This document shows positions 1-12,202 of a stretch of 64,000 nucleotides of DNA, one piece after another. Made by a program: the position numbers and the translations under genes. Position 1 is the stretch's first letter; each line of letters opens with the position of its first letter. The stretch spans positions 30,622 through 94,621 of the forward strand of contig JAAOMT010000496.1 in assembly GCA_016748015.1 (NCBI GenBank). Direction: 5' to 3'. A model generated the notes under the pieces. The model had not been told where the DNA came from. It was given only the letters and a program-made list of their open reading frames with translations, and did not search any database. The stretch is from Geosiphon pyriformis uo1. Lineage: Eukaryota > Fungi > Glomeromycota.

Positions 1-1640
1 GAAAACAATTGGAGTTTTTTGATTATTTTACTGTTGTAAAGATTGATAAATTGTCTGATTATTATTAGCTAAATATTCTTTAAGTTTTTAATTAATGAAA
101 TTACTAAATTGTTTCAATTTGAAATCCAAGTCAAATAATCTATTCATTACTAGATTTATGGCTTGAGTGTAGTTGGCTTCTAATTCAGCTGTTTCAAAGT
201 CTTTAGTATGTATGACTATGGCTTATAGTATGATTAAATGTAACAGACATATGTGTTACAGAATGCTACTGTATAATCTGCAAATGAACTGATTCAAAAT
301 TTAGGCTACTGTAAAATAATCAGCATTAATGGCTTGAATTTAGTGTAAATTTCTATGAAAACATTCTAAATAAGTAGTGACTGCTTCAGTTTCTTCTTGT
401 TTGATAGTTGTAAAAGTATTGGCTAGATGATTAATACTATTATTGTTATTAAAATATTTCAAAAATTCAACTTTAAATGCATTGAAATCTTGGGTTTCTA
501 AATCAGACTTTGATACTATAAATTGGCAGTATCTTGAAGAAAATATGAAATTGCCTATAATGCTCTGGCATTATTTTATTTGTTGGCTGCAATGGTTTTT
601 TCTACATTATTAAACCATACTTGTGTATCATCTTCTTTGCCAGTAAATTTCTCAATTTTTGTGATTGATACATATGTCATTAGTGCTAATAGTAGTTGTT
701 ATTGTAATTGTAGTTGCTGTTAAGATAGTGTTTATAGCTGTTGTTGTTGCTGTTTAGTAATTGGTGCACCTGGTAATGAATTGATTACAATTACTAGAGA
801 TAAGTTTTAGAGCACAATAGAAATAGTGTTTAGATTGTTCTGATTTTGCAGAGTTAGAACAATTAGGATTTGTATTTTTAGGTTTTTTGGGATCAGGTTT
901 TTATTATTAAATTTCTGATTACTATCTTTTTTTTTCTTAAAGTTAGTTATTTTCTAAGAACTAGTGACTTTAAAAACTGGTTATAGTGATAGTGACCAAA
1001 CTCTTAATAGTATTGGAAATCATGATTTAAATCTCTCAAAATAATCATCATATGTTCTTAATAACTTTGTTTTTTTCTGTTTACTTTAAAATAAAATTCT
1101 GTTTAGTAATGTTATTATGTTTGCTGTAAATGCACTTATTAATGTTATATTGATAGTACTTCCAGGTATGTGATAATATGATAGATTAGCAAATGAATCA
1201 ACTCTTTGTTTCTTTCAAGTAAGTAATTGTATTTGCTTTGGGGTTCCTGCTAGTGTTTGTAATCTTCTTTTTTCTTTATCTGCAAAAATAATAGAAAATC
1301 TTTGTTTAGTGTATTTTTCAATTTCTTTGTTTATTTCTGTAATTAGTGGTACAAATAAATAATTCTGTGGCAATGTGGTGCTTTAGAATAGTTTACTGAA
1401 GAAATTATTAAAAGTGGATTTTAGATCTTTTTGGCTTCCTAAGTAGTATACTATTTTTTTGTTAACATAGTAATTGAAAGCTGATTTTGCTAACTAATTA
1501 TTATCAGTTAATCCAAAATGACTTTTATAATACTAGAATAAAGATTTTGCAAATCTCAAGTGGTTTGTCCCTATTTTTTCTGATTCTGCCACTGTTTTAA
1601 ATAGTTGTTGTTGATGCTGGTTTTTTGTTAGATTATATCT

Positions 1641-1654
1641 TACAAAAAGCACCA
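1641..1654 (-). promoter_or_regulatory. Primer-binding site of family A Gypsy (TGGTGCTTTTTGTA)
   Basis: Starts with TGG (complement of tRNA CCA) 2 nt after the LTR end. It shares TT-TGGTGCT with the PBS at 21121-21135. The tRNA is not identified. Confidence 0.7.
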
Positions 1655-1656
1655 AA

Positions 1657-2512
1657 TATTACAGATAATTATTTGGAGTCTTAAATTAAATAACAAATCT
1701 ATAATTTAGTGCTTAATAGCTAATATGATTGATATTATCTAAAGGTTTTAGTATTTGAAGGTTTTGATATCTGAAGGTTTTGGTTTAAGTTCTTTGTATA
1801 ATGAACAAAAATTCAATGATAATTTTATCTATCACTTTCCAGAATTACAATTTTGTTAATTTTTTTCTCAGTGTAATAGCCAGTAATTTTCCTGGTAAGT
1901 TATCTTCAATTTCGAGTGTCTACCTTTATTTCTGGGTCTTTTACTAGTGCTATATCCTAACATCAATATCTCCATATGCTAATCAATTAGTAACAACAAA
2001 AAAACAAAACCAAAGAAAAAAAAATAAGCCAAGATAATAAAAAGTTAGTATTCTATTAATAGCTATGATTAAAAGTTATTGGTTCAATGTGATTAAATAT
2101 TGGATACTATCAACATAGAGTAATAATGGAAGATGGATTTAGATATTAAATAATTATTTTATTAATATTGATAATTTTTAATTAGAGATTCTTGGGATTA
2201 ACTATAACTAAAAAATCTTTACTGTTAGATCTATCTTTTTTGCTTCTAATGCTCTTACTATATATATATAATTTGGGTTCTATGAGATTACTTACATTCT
2301 CAAGTACTGTATTATCATTTTTCGAGTAATACTCATATTGCTGAACAATATGTTGTGATTTTTTGACAATGATTCATATTGCTAAACAATATGCCATAAT
2401 TTTTGACAATGCTTTATATTGCTAAGCAATATACTTACATGTTAATTACTATTCTTTTATTGGTCTATCTGTTTTTTTTACTATTTTTTTGTATGCTTTT
2501 CTATAAATAATA
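1657..2512 (-). repeat. 5' LTR of Gypsy family A (~856 bp)
   Basis: Colinear along its length with the solo LTR at 45918-46760. The ends TATTACAG...AATAATA are decayed TG...CA termini. Confidence 0.85.
2293..2433. promoter_or_regulatory. Four ~41-bp tandem units, each with the dyad CACATTGCT-N-AGCAATGTG, upstream of a TATA-like run in LTR family A
   Basis: Dyads start at 2293, 2334, 2375 and 2415. The same array is at 46550-46690. A TATA-like run lies at ~2259-2270, downstream on the minus strand. Confidence 0.65.
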
Positions 2513-5500
2513 TTGTTTTTTTCAATAACAGATCTGATATAAATATTTGCTATATGCAATATTCAGGATTTTAATGTTCTTGTTAAGCAAAAAAATGTTG
2601 TTTGTTAGTATAAAAAATTAGGAAATATGGTTTTTATTATTACAAAAATGAAGTTAAAGTCTGGTAGCAGGCCATAAGTTATAAACAAGTTTGATAGGAC
2701 AAAGATATTTTTGTTCAGCCTAAACAAAAAGTTTTGTGATACTAAAGTAGCAATTATTATGAACAATTTTCTTGTGTGTTATGTTTTTAAGGTTAAAGAA
2801 GTCCTTGGTTATTTTGTTTTAGTTCAGATTCTTTTCAAAAGCAAGCTGTTGGTTGTGGTTTTAAGTCTATATGCTGGTGTTTCTGCTGAGACCAGATTTA
2901 GGCAGACTTCAAAAATCAACTCTTTTATTGTTAAGACTAATAATTTCTTGACATTTTTAGTTTTAGATGGAGATTTTAATAAGAGTGGATCTAAAAAAAG
3001 TACAAGTTTCAAGTTTTGCTCAAATTTGGGCTTGGTTAATTTTTTTAGTGAGCATTTGCTAGTCAAAGTTTCTACTTGAAGCAATTCAAAAGATGCTAAG
3101 AAGGTTATTAATTATATTTTTATTAATGAAAGTTTGTTATTTGCAGTGACTAGTTATAAGATTGTATCTGTTTCTGAATTTTTTGATATGAATTACAATG
3201 CTGTTTTGGTTTCAGTTAGTCTGAGTGGTCTTTTAAATGTTTGTCTTAACAGTAATTGTAAACAGGTTAATAAAAATAAATAGAAGTTCAGAATTAAGGA
3301 TGCAGATATTAATAAATAATTATACTTTAAAGAATATTCATTAAGCAGATTCTTGAGAAAGTTAAATATATTTAATGATGCAAAAGATGGTGGAAATTTG
3401 GATACTATGTGAAAAATTCTTAAGGTGATAGTGGTAAGTTCTACTAATAAAGTATTTTTTAGATTCTGATCTAGTGAATTTGATTGTTTTAAAAATAAGC
3501 AGTCATTAGAGTTCTTTAAGCTGGAATTGTTGGTAGTCAAGATAGTGAAGTGTTTAAGTTTAAGTTAAGAATTAGGAGCTGATTGTTTTTTTGATATGTG
3601 GTTTACTATCAATAATAAGGAGACTTCCAAAGTACACATTATGTTTGATAATAGTAAAAGCAGAGAAAAAATTTTGTATCACTTGTTAAGAGTCAAAAAA
3701 ATGTACCATAGATCCAAGTATTACAAGTCTAAGATTGTCAGAAACATTTTCATCAAGAAAACAATAGACAAATGTATTGAAAACTTTTATTCTAATAAAA
3801 AATATATGATCAAAAATGTTTTAAAATGATTATTTCAGAAAGTAGTATTAAACTATTTAATAGTAAATAATAAGTTGATTCTGGTATTTAGTAAGATTAG
3901 GTCCTGTTATTAATGCTATTATAGAAGAGTAGATGAAGAAATATGTTGTTCCTAATTTTTTATCTGCTTATTGGTTTTATTAATATGTTCCTTTAGACTA
4001 TGTTAATAATAATGTATTTTCAAATATTATGTATAATATTAAGTCTAATGAGTTTTTTCTGGTAGTCAAAAAATTGCCTAATGGAAAAGCTGCTGATATT
4101 TTTGGTATTTCTAACAAACTTTAAATGCATAAAAATGCTCAGATTCTAAGTAGTTTGTTGAATATTCTCAATATGTATTTAGTATTAAGTACAGTGTCCA
4201 CACAATGGAAACAAATCTGAATTTTTATAATACTAAACTCTTATGACTGAGAAAAAATTTTTACCAATACCAGACTTATATTATTAATTAAGACAGTCTG
4301 AAAAATATTGTCTAAAATCCCATCTGACCAAATATCTTTGACATGTAGTAAATTTGGGATCTTATATTGTGATAATTTTTAGTTCTAAAGAATATATTCA
4401 TTTAAACTCCGATTTTTGCTATTGATTCAATAATTAAAGATGTATTAGAGAAGAACAGAAAACTGTGGTTGGTTTTTCAAAACATGTGAAAAGCTTACAA
4501 CTTGGTTAAATGGTTTCATTTATGGAACAGCTTAGCTAGAATTAAGATGTGCCTCCATTTTATAAATTTTTTTGGAAGTATTTACAACAATTGGATCAAT
4601 TAGATAATAATAGACTTTAGGCTTTTTGGTAGATATACTGTTTATGATGACTTGGATTAAGAGAAAGTCTTTTTACTTCTGCTGTAAAGGATTTTTTATG
4701 ATTTTTTACTTTGTAAAATCAAGAAACATAAACAATTGTATAGTTACAGACTAAGCTTAAAATTTTTCACAAAAACTGATAAGATTAATCTTTGGTGTGA
4801 CAAAGTTTTTTTCTTTGCAACTGGTATATTTGTTGATAATATTATTTGGATTGGAAATTGCATGGTGACTACACAATGTATTTTGAACATTGCAAGTGAA
4901 TTTTTTTCAATTAATGATATTTTAATTAATATAAACAAAACAGTTATCATTCCTATTAACTAAGAAGCCAAAGAAGCTTTGCTGTCTATTAGTGGTTCTA
5001 GTATCTTCATAGCCAAGAAGTACAAGTTTCATTGATATTTGGGTATTTTTTTTTTGACAGATGGTCTGTTCAAGCCAAGCTTAACCAAAGCTTATTCAGA
5101 TATCAGGTTCTTTTTTAATGTGATTTTGAAGAAGACCATTACTGAAAAACAGTTTTTGTATTTGGTTTCTGCTATTTTGCAGTCCATAATTGGCTATAAA
5201 CTGCAGTTTAGTTGTGTTTCAAGAAGTATGTGTGAGAAATGAAACAAAGTGTTAAGAAAAAGTTTAAAGTTCAAGGCCAATTTGCTTAAGGATTTCTAAA
5301 ATAAAGCTTTGTATTATCCTGAGTTGTATGATTTGAAAACTTTTAAACAGGTGCTGACTGAAAATCTGTTGGCCAGTTTGGTTAAATTTACCAATACTAA
5401 TAGAATTCTTAGTGATTTATTTAAACACAAAGCCATGAAGCTACAGACTGCTAGCTAGATGCTCTAACATTTTCTTTAAGTTTCAGTCAAGTTGTTGATT

Positions 5501-7335
5501 GATTCAATAAATTGTTTTTTGACTGGCACATTGTGTGCTCTTGATTTGTGCAACCTTTCTTTGAATAGTAATCTGTCTAATGTTTTTTGGACTGGAAATA
5601 GAATTATGATTCTGAATATGCTGGGTTTAAACTGTTATTTAAGTGTGACTAAGTTTTTTAGGAAGTATAGCATTGTGTTTGTAAACCAACTTCTTGACTA
5701 TTATGGCACATGTTTTATATGAAACACTTTTTGTAGGTAAAAAAAGCTGGACTCTAGGGGCCTAGTTCTTATCTGGTTTGTTTCTCTGGTCAATTTTATT
5801 AGTAAAAGTAGTTTATTTTGTGATAAGTTGTTGTCTTTTTGTGTTATTTCTGATGATTTTTTTTGTAACTTTGGTTATATCTATAAACAGATACTAATTC
5901 TGAACTAAATTCTGTGAATATTTACATGAATGATTCTGTCAAAAATTTGGGAATAATAAGTGCTTGTAGTAATACTACTATCTATTTTTCAGATATGAAC
6001 ACTAGTGTTAAGATTAAGGTAAATAAGTTGTTGTTTTTGACTTTAGTGAAGTTGCAGACTATTGCTTTTGCTTTGAAATGTGTGTTTGCTTTTAAGTCAG
6101 TTATCTTGTTTATGGACAGTTAGGCTTTACTAAACATGTGTCACTCTAATAACAGTGTGTTTGGTCCTAATTTTTATGATAAATGCTAGATTAAGAAGAA
6201 ATATATTCATCAGATTATTTTAAAAAAGAGTTTGTTGGTTACATAGAAAAATGTTAAGGATTATTTTGATGATATTAGAAATTAGTATGCAGACTACTAT
6301 GTTAATACTAAAGTTGTTTCTAAGTTTTTTCTGCCTCTTGTAGTGTCATGTTATTTTTTCAATATTAAAAATAAGCTGGTTTTTAAGAATGCTCATTATT
6401 TTGCTAATAAATTATTCAATGCAGTTAATTTCATTGAGTGGAAAGTCAGGTGTGTTGGTGGCATAATAAATACAAAATTTTGTGATAATTTTGATATAAA
6501 TAAAATCTTTAGTGTTTGGCATTCTAATAACAAGATCTGTTCTGGATATACCAACTTAATATTAGTAATGCTTTGGTTGTATTTTATAAAGGCACTGCAC
6601 CATTACTTGCTAGTAGTTAAGAGAAAAAAAGTATATAATTCAAAATATTTAAGCATTGCTTGTATCTAATATAGAATACTAAAGAATTTTAATCACATGT
6701 TTTTTTGTGTTTATAACAGCAGTATTAGAAAAAGGTTACTGTCTAATGCTGCTTTGAAATAAAATGTGTTGCTGAATGTTTTTACTAAGAGGAATGTGGT
6801 TGTTTAGTTTTTAGATGAGACTGCTTTGTCTATTGATTTATATATAGTATTGGCTAAGAGATTTGTGTTGAAAAGTTGGATGGCTAACATAATATGTGAC
6901 TTGAGCACTAACACTAGAAGTGATTTAATAATTGTTAAATTGGTCTGTTATCTTGTTGAAAGTCACAGATCTGCTATTTAGTTGCTTACAGTTAAGTTAA
7001 GATCCTATTATAAGAAGCATAATTTTTTGTTTTATAATGAGTCTTTTGTTTTTTTAGTGTTTGGTTTGTTATCCTTGTGGTCTCTTGAAATAATTTACAG
7101 TTTTAGTGTTAAGTTAAGTATTTATGTTTGTTTTGAATTGCATTTTTGTTTGTTCAGGTTAAATTTTGGTTTTTTGAATAATGTTTCTATGGTAAGTAGT
7201 TTAGATATATAATGTTGTCTTGATTGATTTAAGTGGCTGGTTATATGTAGAAAAAACATAAGCTATGCTTAATTTAGGATTTGATTTGATTTTATATATT
7301 TAGGTAGTGGTTAGATTGCACTTATTAAACTTAAA
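2513..7335 (+). mobile_element. LINE copy 1: degenerate ORF2 (APE endonuclease, RT, RNase H, CCHC) plus 3' UTR; ORF1 displaced by the Gypsy insertion
   Basis: ORF2 runs ~2525-7212 with many stops. Motifs: endonuclease LDGDFN, RT FVDN (from FVDD) and YLG, RNase H TLVKLQ...LFMDS. The conserved 3' UTR is at 7213-7325, followed by an A-rich tail. Confidence 0.9.
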
Positions 7336-7649
7336 TAAAATAAAATAAATTAAGTTATATTTATAATGTATTTTATTTGAAAATTTTGGAATATTTATAA
7401 AATTTAAATATATATTTTAAAATAAATTCAAAATATATTAAAATATTATAAATCTAATTATATATTTATTAATATATAAATTAATTATATAATATTAATT
7501 TAACTATAATTAATATATAATTACATAATATATTATCATAATAATATAATATTTTATACATCAAATTATTTTTATTATATTTGTATTTTTTAATTTTCAA
7601 ATATGACTTTAAAAAATTAAGAAAAAAAGTTGATATTCGAAAATAATAA

Positions 7650-7783
7650 NNNNNNNNNNNNNNNNNNNNNNNNNNNNNNNNNNNNNNNNNNNNNNNNNNN
7701 NNNNNNNNNNNNNNNNNNNNNNNNNNNNNNNNNNNNNNNNNNNNNNNNNNNNNNNNNNNNNNNNNNNNNNNNNNNNNNNNNNN
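7650..7783. other. Assembly gap (134 N)
   Basis: Run of N. Confidence 1.
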
Positions 7784-8012
7784 CAAAAAGTTTATATTTA
7801 AATTATTAAATTTTTGAAATAATTGACAATATTAAAATATATATTATTTGTTTATTATATTATTAATTATATAATTTAAATCAATATGCCAATAAAAATT
7901 AACAATATTAATATATCAAAAACAATTGTAAACATAATTTCAAGAAAAAATTTTGAATATTTAAAAAAAATATCTTTATAAAGTATATAATATTATGTTT
8001 TATTTATTTATT

Positions 8013-8043
<31 letters not shown>

Positions 8044-8212
8044 TATAATTTAATTTTTAATTAAAATTTATTATAATCAATTAAAAATAAAAAAACTTCT
8101 TTCTCTTTTACCTCCAAATAATTCTCAAAGAGCGCATTTTCTGAAAAAAAAGTTTTTCATTTTTTCTTGTTAAGTTTATATCAACATTTTTTTAACTAAT
8201 AACCCCTTTGTC

Positions 8213-10077
8213 ATGGATTTAAAAGCTACTTTTAGCAGTAATATGTCTAAGAAAAAAGTGCTTAAGGGTACTCTTTATGGTCCTGCTGGTGGTTTTTTCT
8301 TCTAAAAGAAAAAAGTAGTTCTTGGTAATGTCAAACATTCAGGTAATAAAAAGGACATTTCTCTAATTAAACTTGGTTCTGGTAGCATGTATTCAGACAT
8401 GAATAGTAAGTTTAGTTGTGGTGAAGACAATATAGTTATGAAGGGTGTTAACAGTGGGTCTCTTTTAGGCTCAGCAGCTACTACTCCTAAAGCAAAAAGA
8501 GTGAATTCCAGCATAGTCTTTGGGTCTCCTCTTGGCTTCTCTAATTATAATATGGATGAAGAAGTGGAACTTCTCTTACCTCTTTTTAGTATATCTTTGG
8601 AAAGAAAATAGATAGATCCTAAAATTGTGAAAACTCTTATGAAAGTTTCTGTTAGGAAGTCATTTGCTTTGAATATTAATCTTTCAGCAGTGGAGGGCAA
8701 ATCTGCTACAGCAAAAACTCAGTTCATCAAGAAAATTTTTTCAACAATAAATGGTTTTAGGAGGGCCACTATCCTCTTAAAATTTGAAGAGATCATCTGA
8801 TCAATGTTTACTTCTGAAAAAAGCATGGAAATGGCCACTTTATTGGCCAGAAAAAAAGAGATTGACATAAACAGTAATCTTAAGAGACAGGAAATAAGGT
8901 CAAATTGGGCTGTAGTAATTAAAAAAATTCCCATGAACATGCCTAAAGATATGATTGTCACTATAATATTCGAGTTTGGGGAAATTAAGTCAATCAAAAT
9001 TCAACTAATTGGGATGTGGCAAAAAGCTGTGATGGAGTTTGCTAAGTTAGACTAAGCTAATTTGCTAGTTTCTAAGTAATCATTCATGATTGTTAAAGAC
9101 TTTATGCATGTAGCCAAAGCAGTAGGAGATTGTGAGACTTGGACATCAAAGGATCAGTTCAGAGCACTTTTGTTTACTTTGCTGGTGGGAACAACAGCAC
9201 ATAATTTTGGGACTCTTCTGAAAAAAACTGGTGGGAAAACTTGCATTATAAACAGATCTCTAAAAACTGGCAATAGAATTTGCTTGGTTTTGAATCTGAT
9301 AATAATCTGGAATTTGTCTTTTGCATGAAGCCAATTTTTGGTGGTGTTAAACTTTCTTGGACAAGGATGGATCTGGTTTGATGTGAGAAATACAGGAAGT
9401 TTGGTCATTTTGCTTTGGAATGTGATACACCTGTTGCATTCTTCTCTAAGCCTTCAAAAACATTTAAAAAGATTACATCCAATGGGCGTTGTCTTTAGTT
9501 GGCAAAGTTATATGAAAAAAAGAGTGTTCCAATATCTTACTCTACTGCCTTTGGTAGCAAATCTTGAACCCAAGTGGTCTTACTTACTGGTTCTTTTGAT
9601 GGTTTTCACTTCACTATTAGTTTTGGTTCCCCTCTCTCTGGTTCCTCAGGCTTGAATGGTGGTCTCTTTTTTGTCTTGGTTGATGACTCATTTCTGATTG
9701 CTCACGTGGCCTCTTTAGAATGGTCTTTGGAGCTATTAACTAACCAAGTTTCTGGTCTTGTGCACAAGCTCAGTAACATGGGATTGGTGTTACAAGCTTT
9801 ATCTTCCTCCTCTAAAGCTTCGGCTACTGTTGTTGTCACCAAAGAGAATTTGGCTTTGGATATGATTGTGGATGATTCTGAATTGGTACTTCAACCCCCC
9901 TCATCTGATTTCCCTAGCATGTCTACTTTGGGTTTGAGTAGCTCAAAAGTCTTGACGTCCAAAGTTGGTAGTTTGGAATCTAAGCTGGTAGCTCTGAAGA
10001 CTTCTGTTAATTCAGTTTTGGCAAAGTTAGATTATTTGTGTGCTGGCTTGGATCCTTTGTTATTTTCTTCATCTTAA
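8213..10077 (+). pseudogene. LINE ORF1 (Gag-like: RRM-like region, CCHC knuckle, C-terminal coiled coils), disrupted
   Basis: ORF fragments 8387-8611, 8804-9055, 9086-9328 and 9574-10077. RRM-like AVVIKKIP...FGEIKSIKIQ...KAVMEF; decayed knuckle CEKYRKFGHFALEC; heptad-like C-terminus. Homologous to 34896-36620. Confidence 0.8.
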
Positions 10078-12202
10078 TGAGTGGTTTAATATAGAAAATA
10101 GCTACATGCAATGTTTAGAGCATTAACATGCCTGCTAAACAGAAAGATATTGTGCGCTGGCACAAGGACTCTAGAAATATGATTTCAGTAATTACAGAAA
10201 CAAAGCTGAAGTCTAGCATTAGACCTTGGATCATGAACAAGTTTAATGGTATACAAATTTTCACTTTTGGTTTGGATAAGAGTTTTTTTAGTGCTGGGGT
10301 GACTGTTGTTATGAACAATTTCTTGGCATGTCATATATCTAAGGTGGAAGAGATCCCCAGTTGTGTTGTTTCAATTTGTCTTCTCTTTAAAGATAAGATT
10401 TCAGTTTCAATTGTTGGGTTATATGTTGGCACTTCTCCTGGTACTAAGTTTGGTTTGGCCTTAAAGGTCAATTTTCTTATAGCCCAGATTGTTAATTCTA
10501 GTACTTTTGTTGTCTTGGATGGTAATTTTAATGAGGATGGATCTAGGAAGAGTGCAAGTCTTGGGTTTTGTTCAGATTTGAGCTTGGTCAATTCATTTGG
10601 TGATCACTTCTTGGCCAGTACACCTACATGGAGCAATTCAAGAGGTGTTGATAAAGTTATTGACTATATTTTTGTTAGTAAAAGCCTTATTTCAGCAGTG
10701 GCTAGTCATAAAGTTGGTTTTGTTGCTGAGTTTTTTAATACTGATCACAATGCTGTTTCCATTTCTGTGGGCTTGAAAGGCCTTTTGGATATTCACTTAA
10801 ACAGTGTTCATAAGCAAGCTAATAAGAATCATTGGAAGTTCAAATTAAAAGGAGTAAATGATGGCAGATGGGAGCATTTTAGAAGGTGTTCTTCAGGAAA
10901 ATTTTTGGCAAAAGCTGAAGAGTTTTATGGTGCAGAATGCAGTAGTAACTTAGATGCAATGTGGGAGATTTTTAGGAAGGTGATGATTAATTCTGCTAAT
11001 GCTACTTTTTCTCAGCTCTGGTTTAATAAGTTCAATTGTGCCAGGAATAAGTTGTTTTCGAAATTTTTCAGGATGGAGAAGCTGCTGTCCAAGCTAGTCA
11101 AAAGTTTGAGTTTAAGACTGGATTTGGCAGCTGACTGTCTAGTTAGCACTTGGTTGACCATTGACAAAGCAAAAGTGTCTAAAATTTGCCTTATGATCAG
11201 TAACAGGATTTGAGTTGATGTTATTCTACATCACATTTTAAGTGTCAAGAAAAGTTACCACAAATCTAAATATTATGAATTCAGAATGACCAGAGATGAA
11301 TTCATAAGAAAGGCTGTTGAAAGACGCATGAAAAATTTCTGTTCAAATAAGAGGAAAATAATTAAAAGCATTTTAAATCAACCATTTAGGAAGGTAGTCT
11401 TTGATCCTTTGATTGTTGACAACAATCTCATCCTGGAGCCACAAGTGGTTAAGTTTTTAATTGACACAATAATGAAAAATTAGACAAGAAAGTGTTTGGC
11501 TCCGGATGCTCTTCCTAATCATTGGCACAAACAATATGCCTCTTTGGATTATGTTAATAATGAAGTATTCTCAAGGGTTATAAGTGATATCAATATGTGC
11601 AAGTTGATGTGTGTTGTCAAGAACCTGCCTGATAGAAAAGCTGCTGGACTCTCTGGCATTCCTAATGAGCTGTGAAAACATGGTGATACTTCAGTTCTTA
11701 ATGGTTTTTTATCTATTTTTAATAGTTGTTTGAGATATAAAAAGGTTCCCATACAGTAGAAAAGATTCTGGGTGCCCATAATTTCTAAACCTTACAATTG
11801 AGAGGGTACTCTCATCAATACTCATCTGATCGCATTGATTGAAACTACTCAGAAAATTTTGTCCAAGGTTCTTTTGAACAGGATTTCTCTGGTTTGCAGC
11901 AGATTTGATGTTTTGCATAGTGACAATTTCTCAGTTTTAAAGGGCATTTCTACACAAAATTCAATCTTTAACATTGGTTTAATTATTGAGGATGCTCTGG
12001 AGAAGGACAAAGAGGTGTGGCTTGTTCTTTAGAATATGTGCAAGGTCTACAATTCTATTAAGTGGTCACATTTGCTCAATAGTCTGGTCAGGATCAAAAT
12101 GTGTCTCCGTTTTATAAACTTTTTCAGCAGTATACACAATGATAGGATCAATCGGGTAATGACAGATTTTGGCTTAACTGATAGTCATATTGTTCATGAT
12201 GA
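10077..12202 (+). pseudogene. LINE ORF2 N-terminal part (APE endonuclease and first RT subdomains)
   Basis: KIATCNV, ISVITETKL, LDGNFN, TPTW, IDYIF and TDH endonuclease motifs; RT KAAGLSGI and LIALIET (RPIxL-like). Confidence 0.9.

Larger units (their letters stand above)
1..2512 (-). mobile_element. 5' part of a degenerate Ty3/Gypsy LTR retrotransposon (family A): 5' LTR, PBS and gag; continues left of the window
   Basis: The minus strand translates through stops to a retrotransposon Gag capsid region (MTYVSITKIEKFTGKEDDTQVW...AISYFLQDTA...FTTIKQEETEAVTTYL...ILNQFI), homologous to the gag at 19710-20370. A TGG-starting PBS lies 2 nt from the LTR. Confidence 0.85.

Noticed and set aside
2525-7212. 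Alternative genetic code or stop readthrough to explain in-frame stops
   Set aside because: All three stop codons occur, at different positions in each copy, alongside frameshifts and decayed catalytic residues.
7481-7786. 101-aa ORF in the track
   Set aside because: Artefact spanning the N gap.
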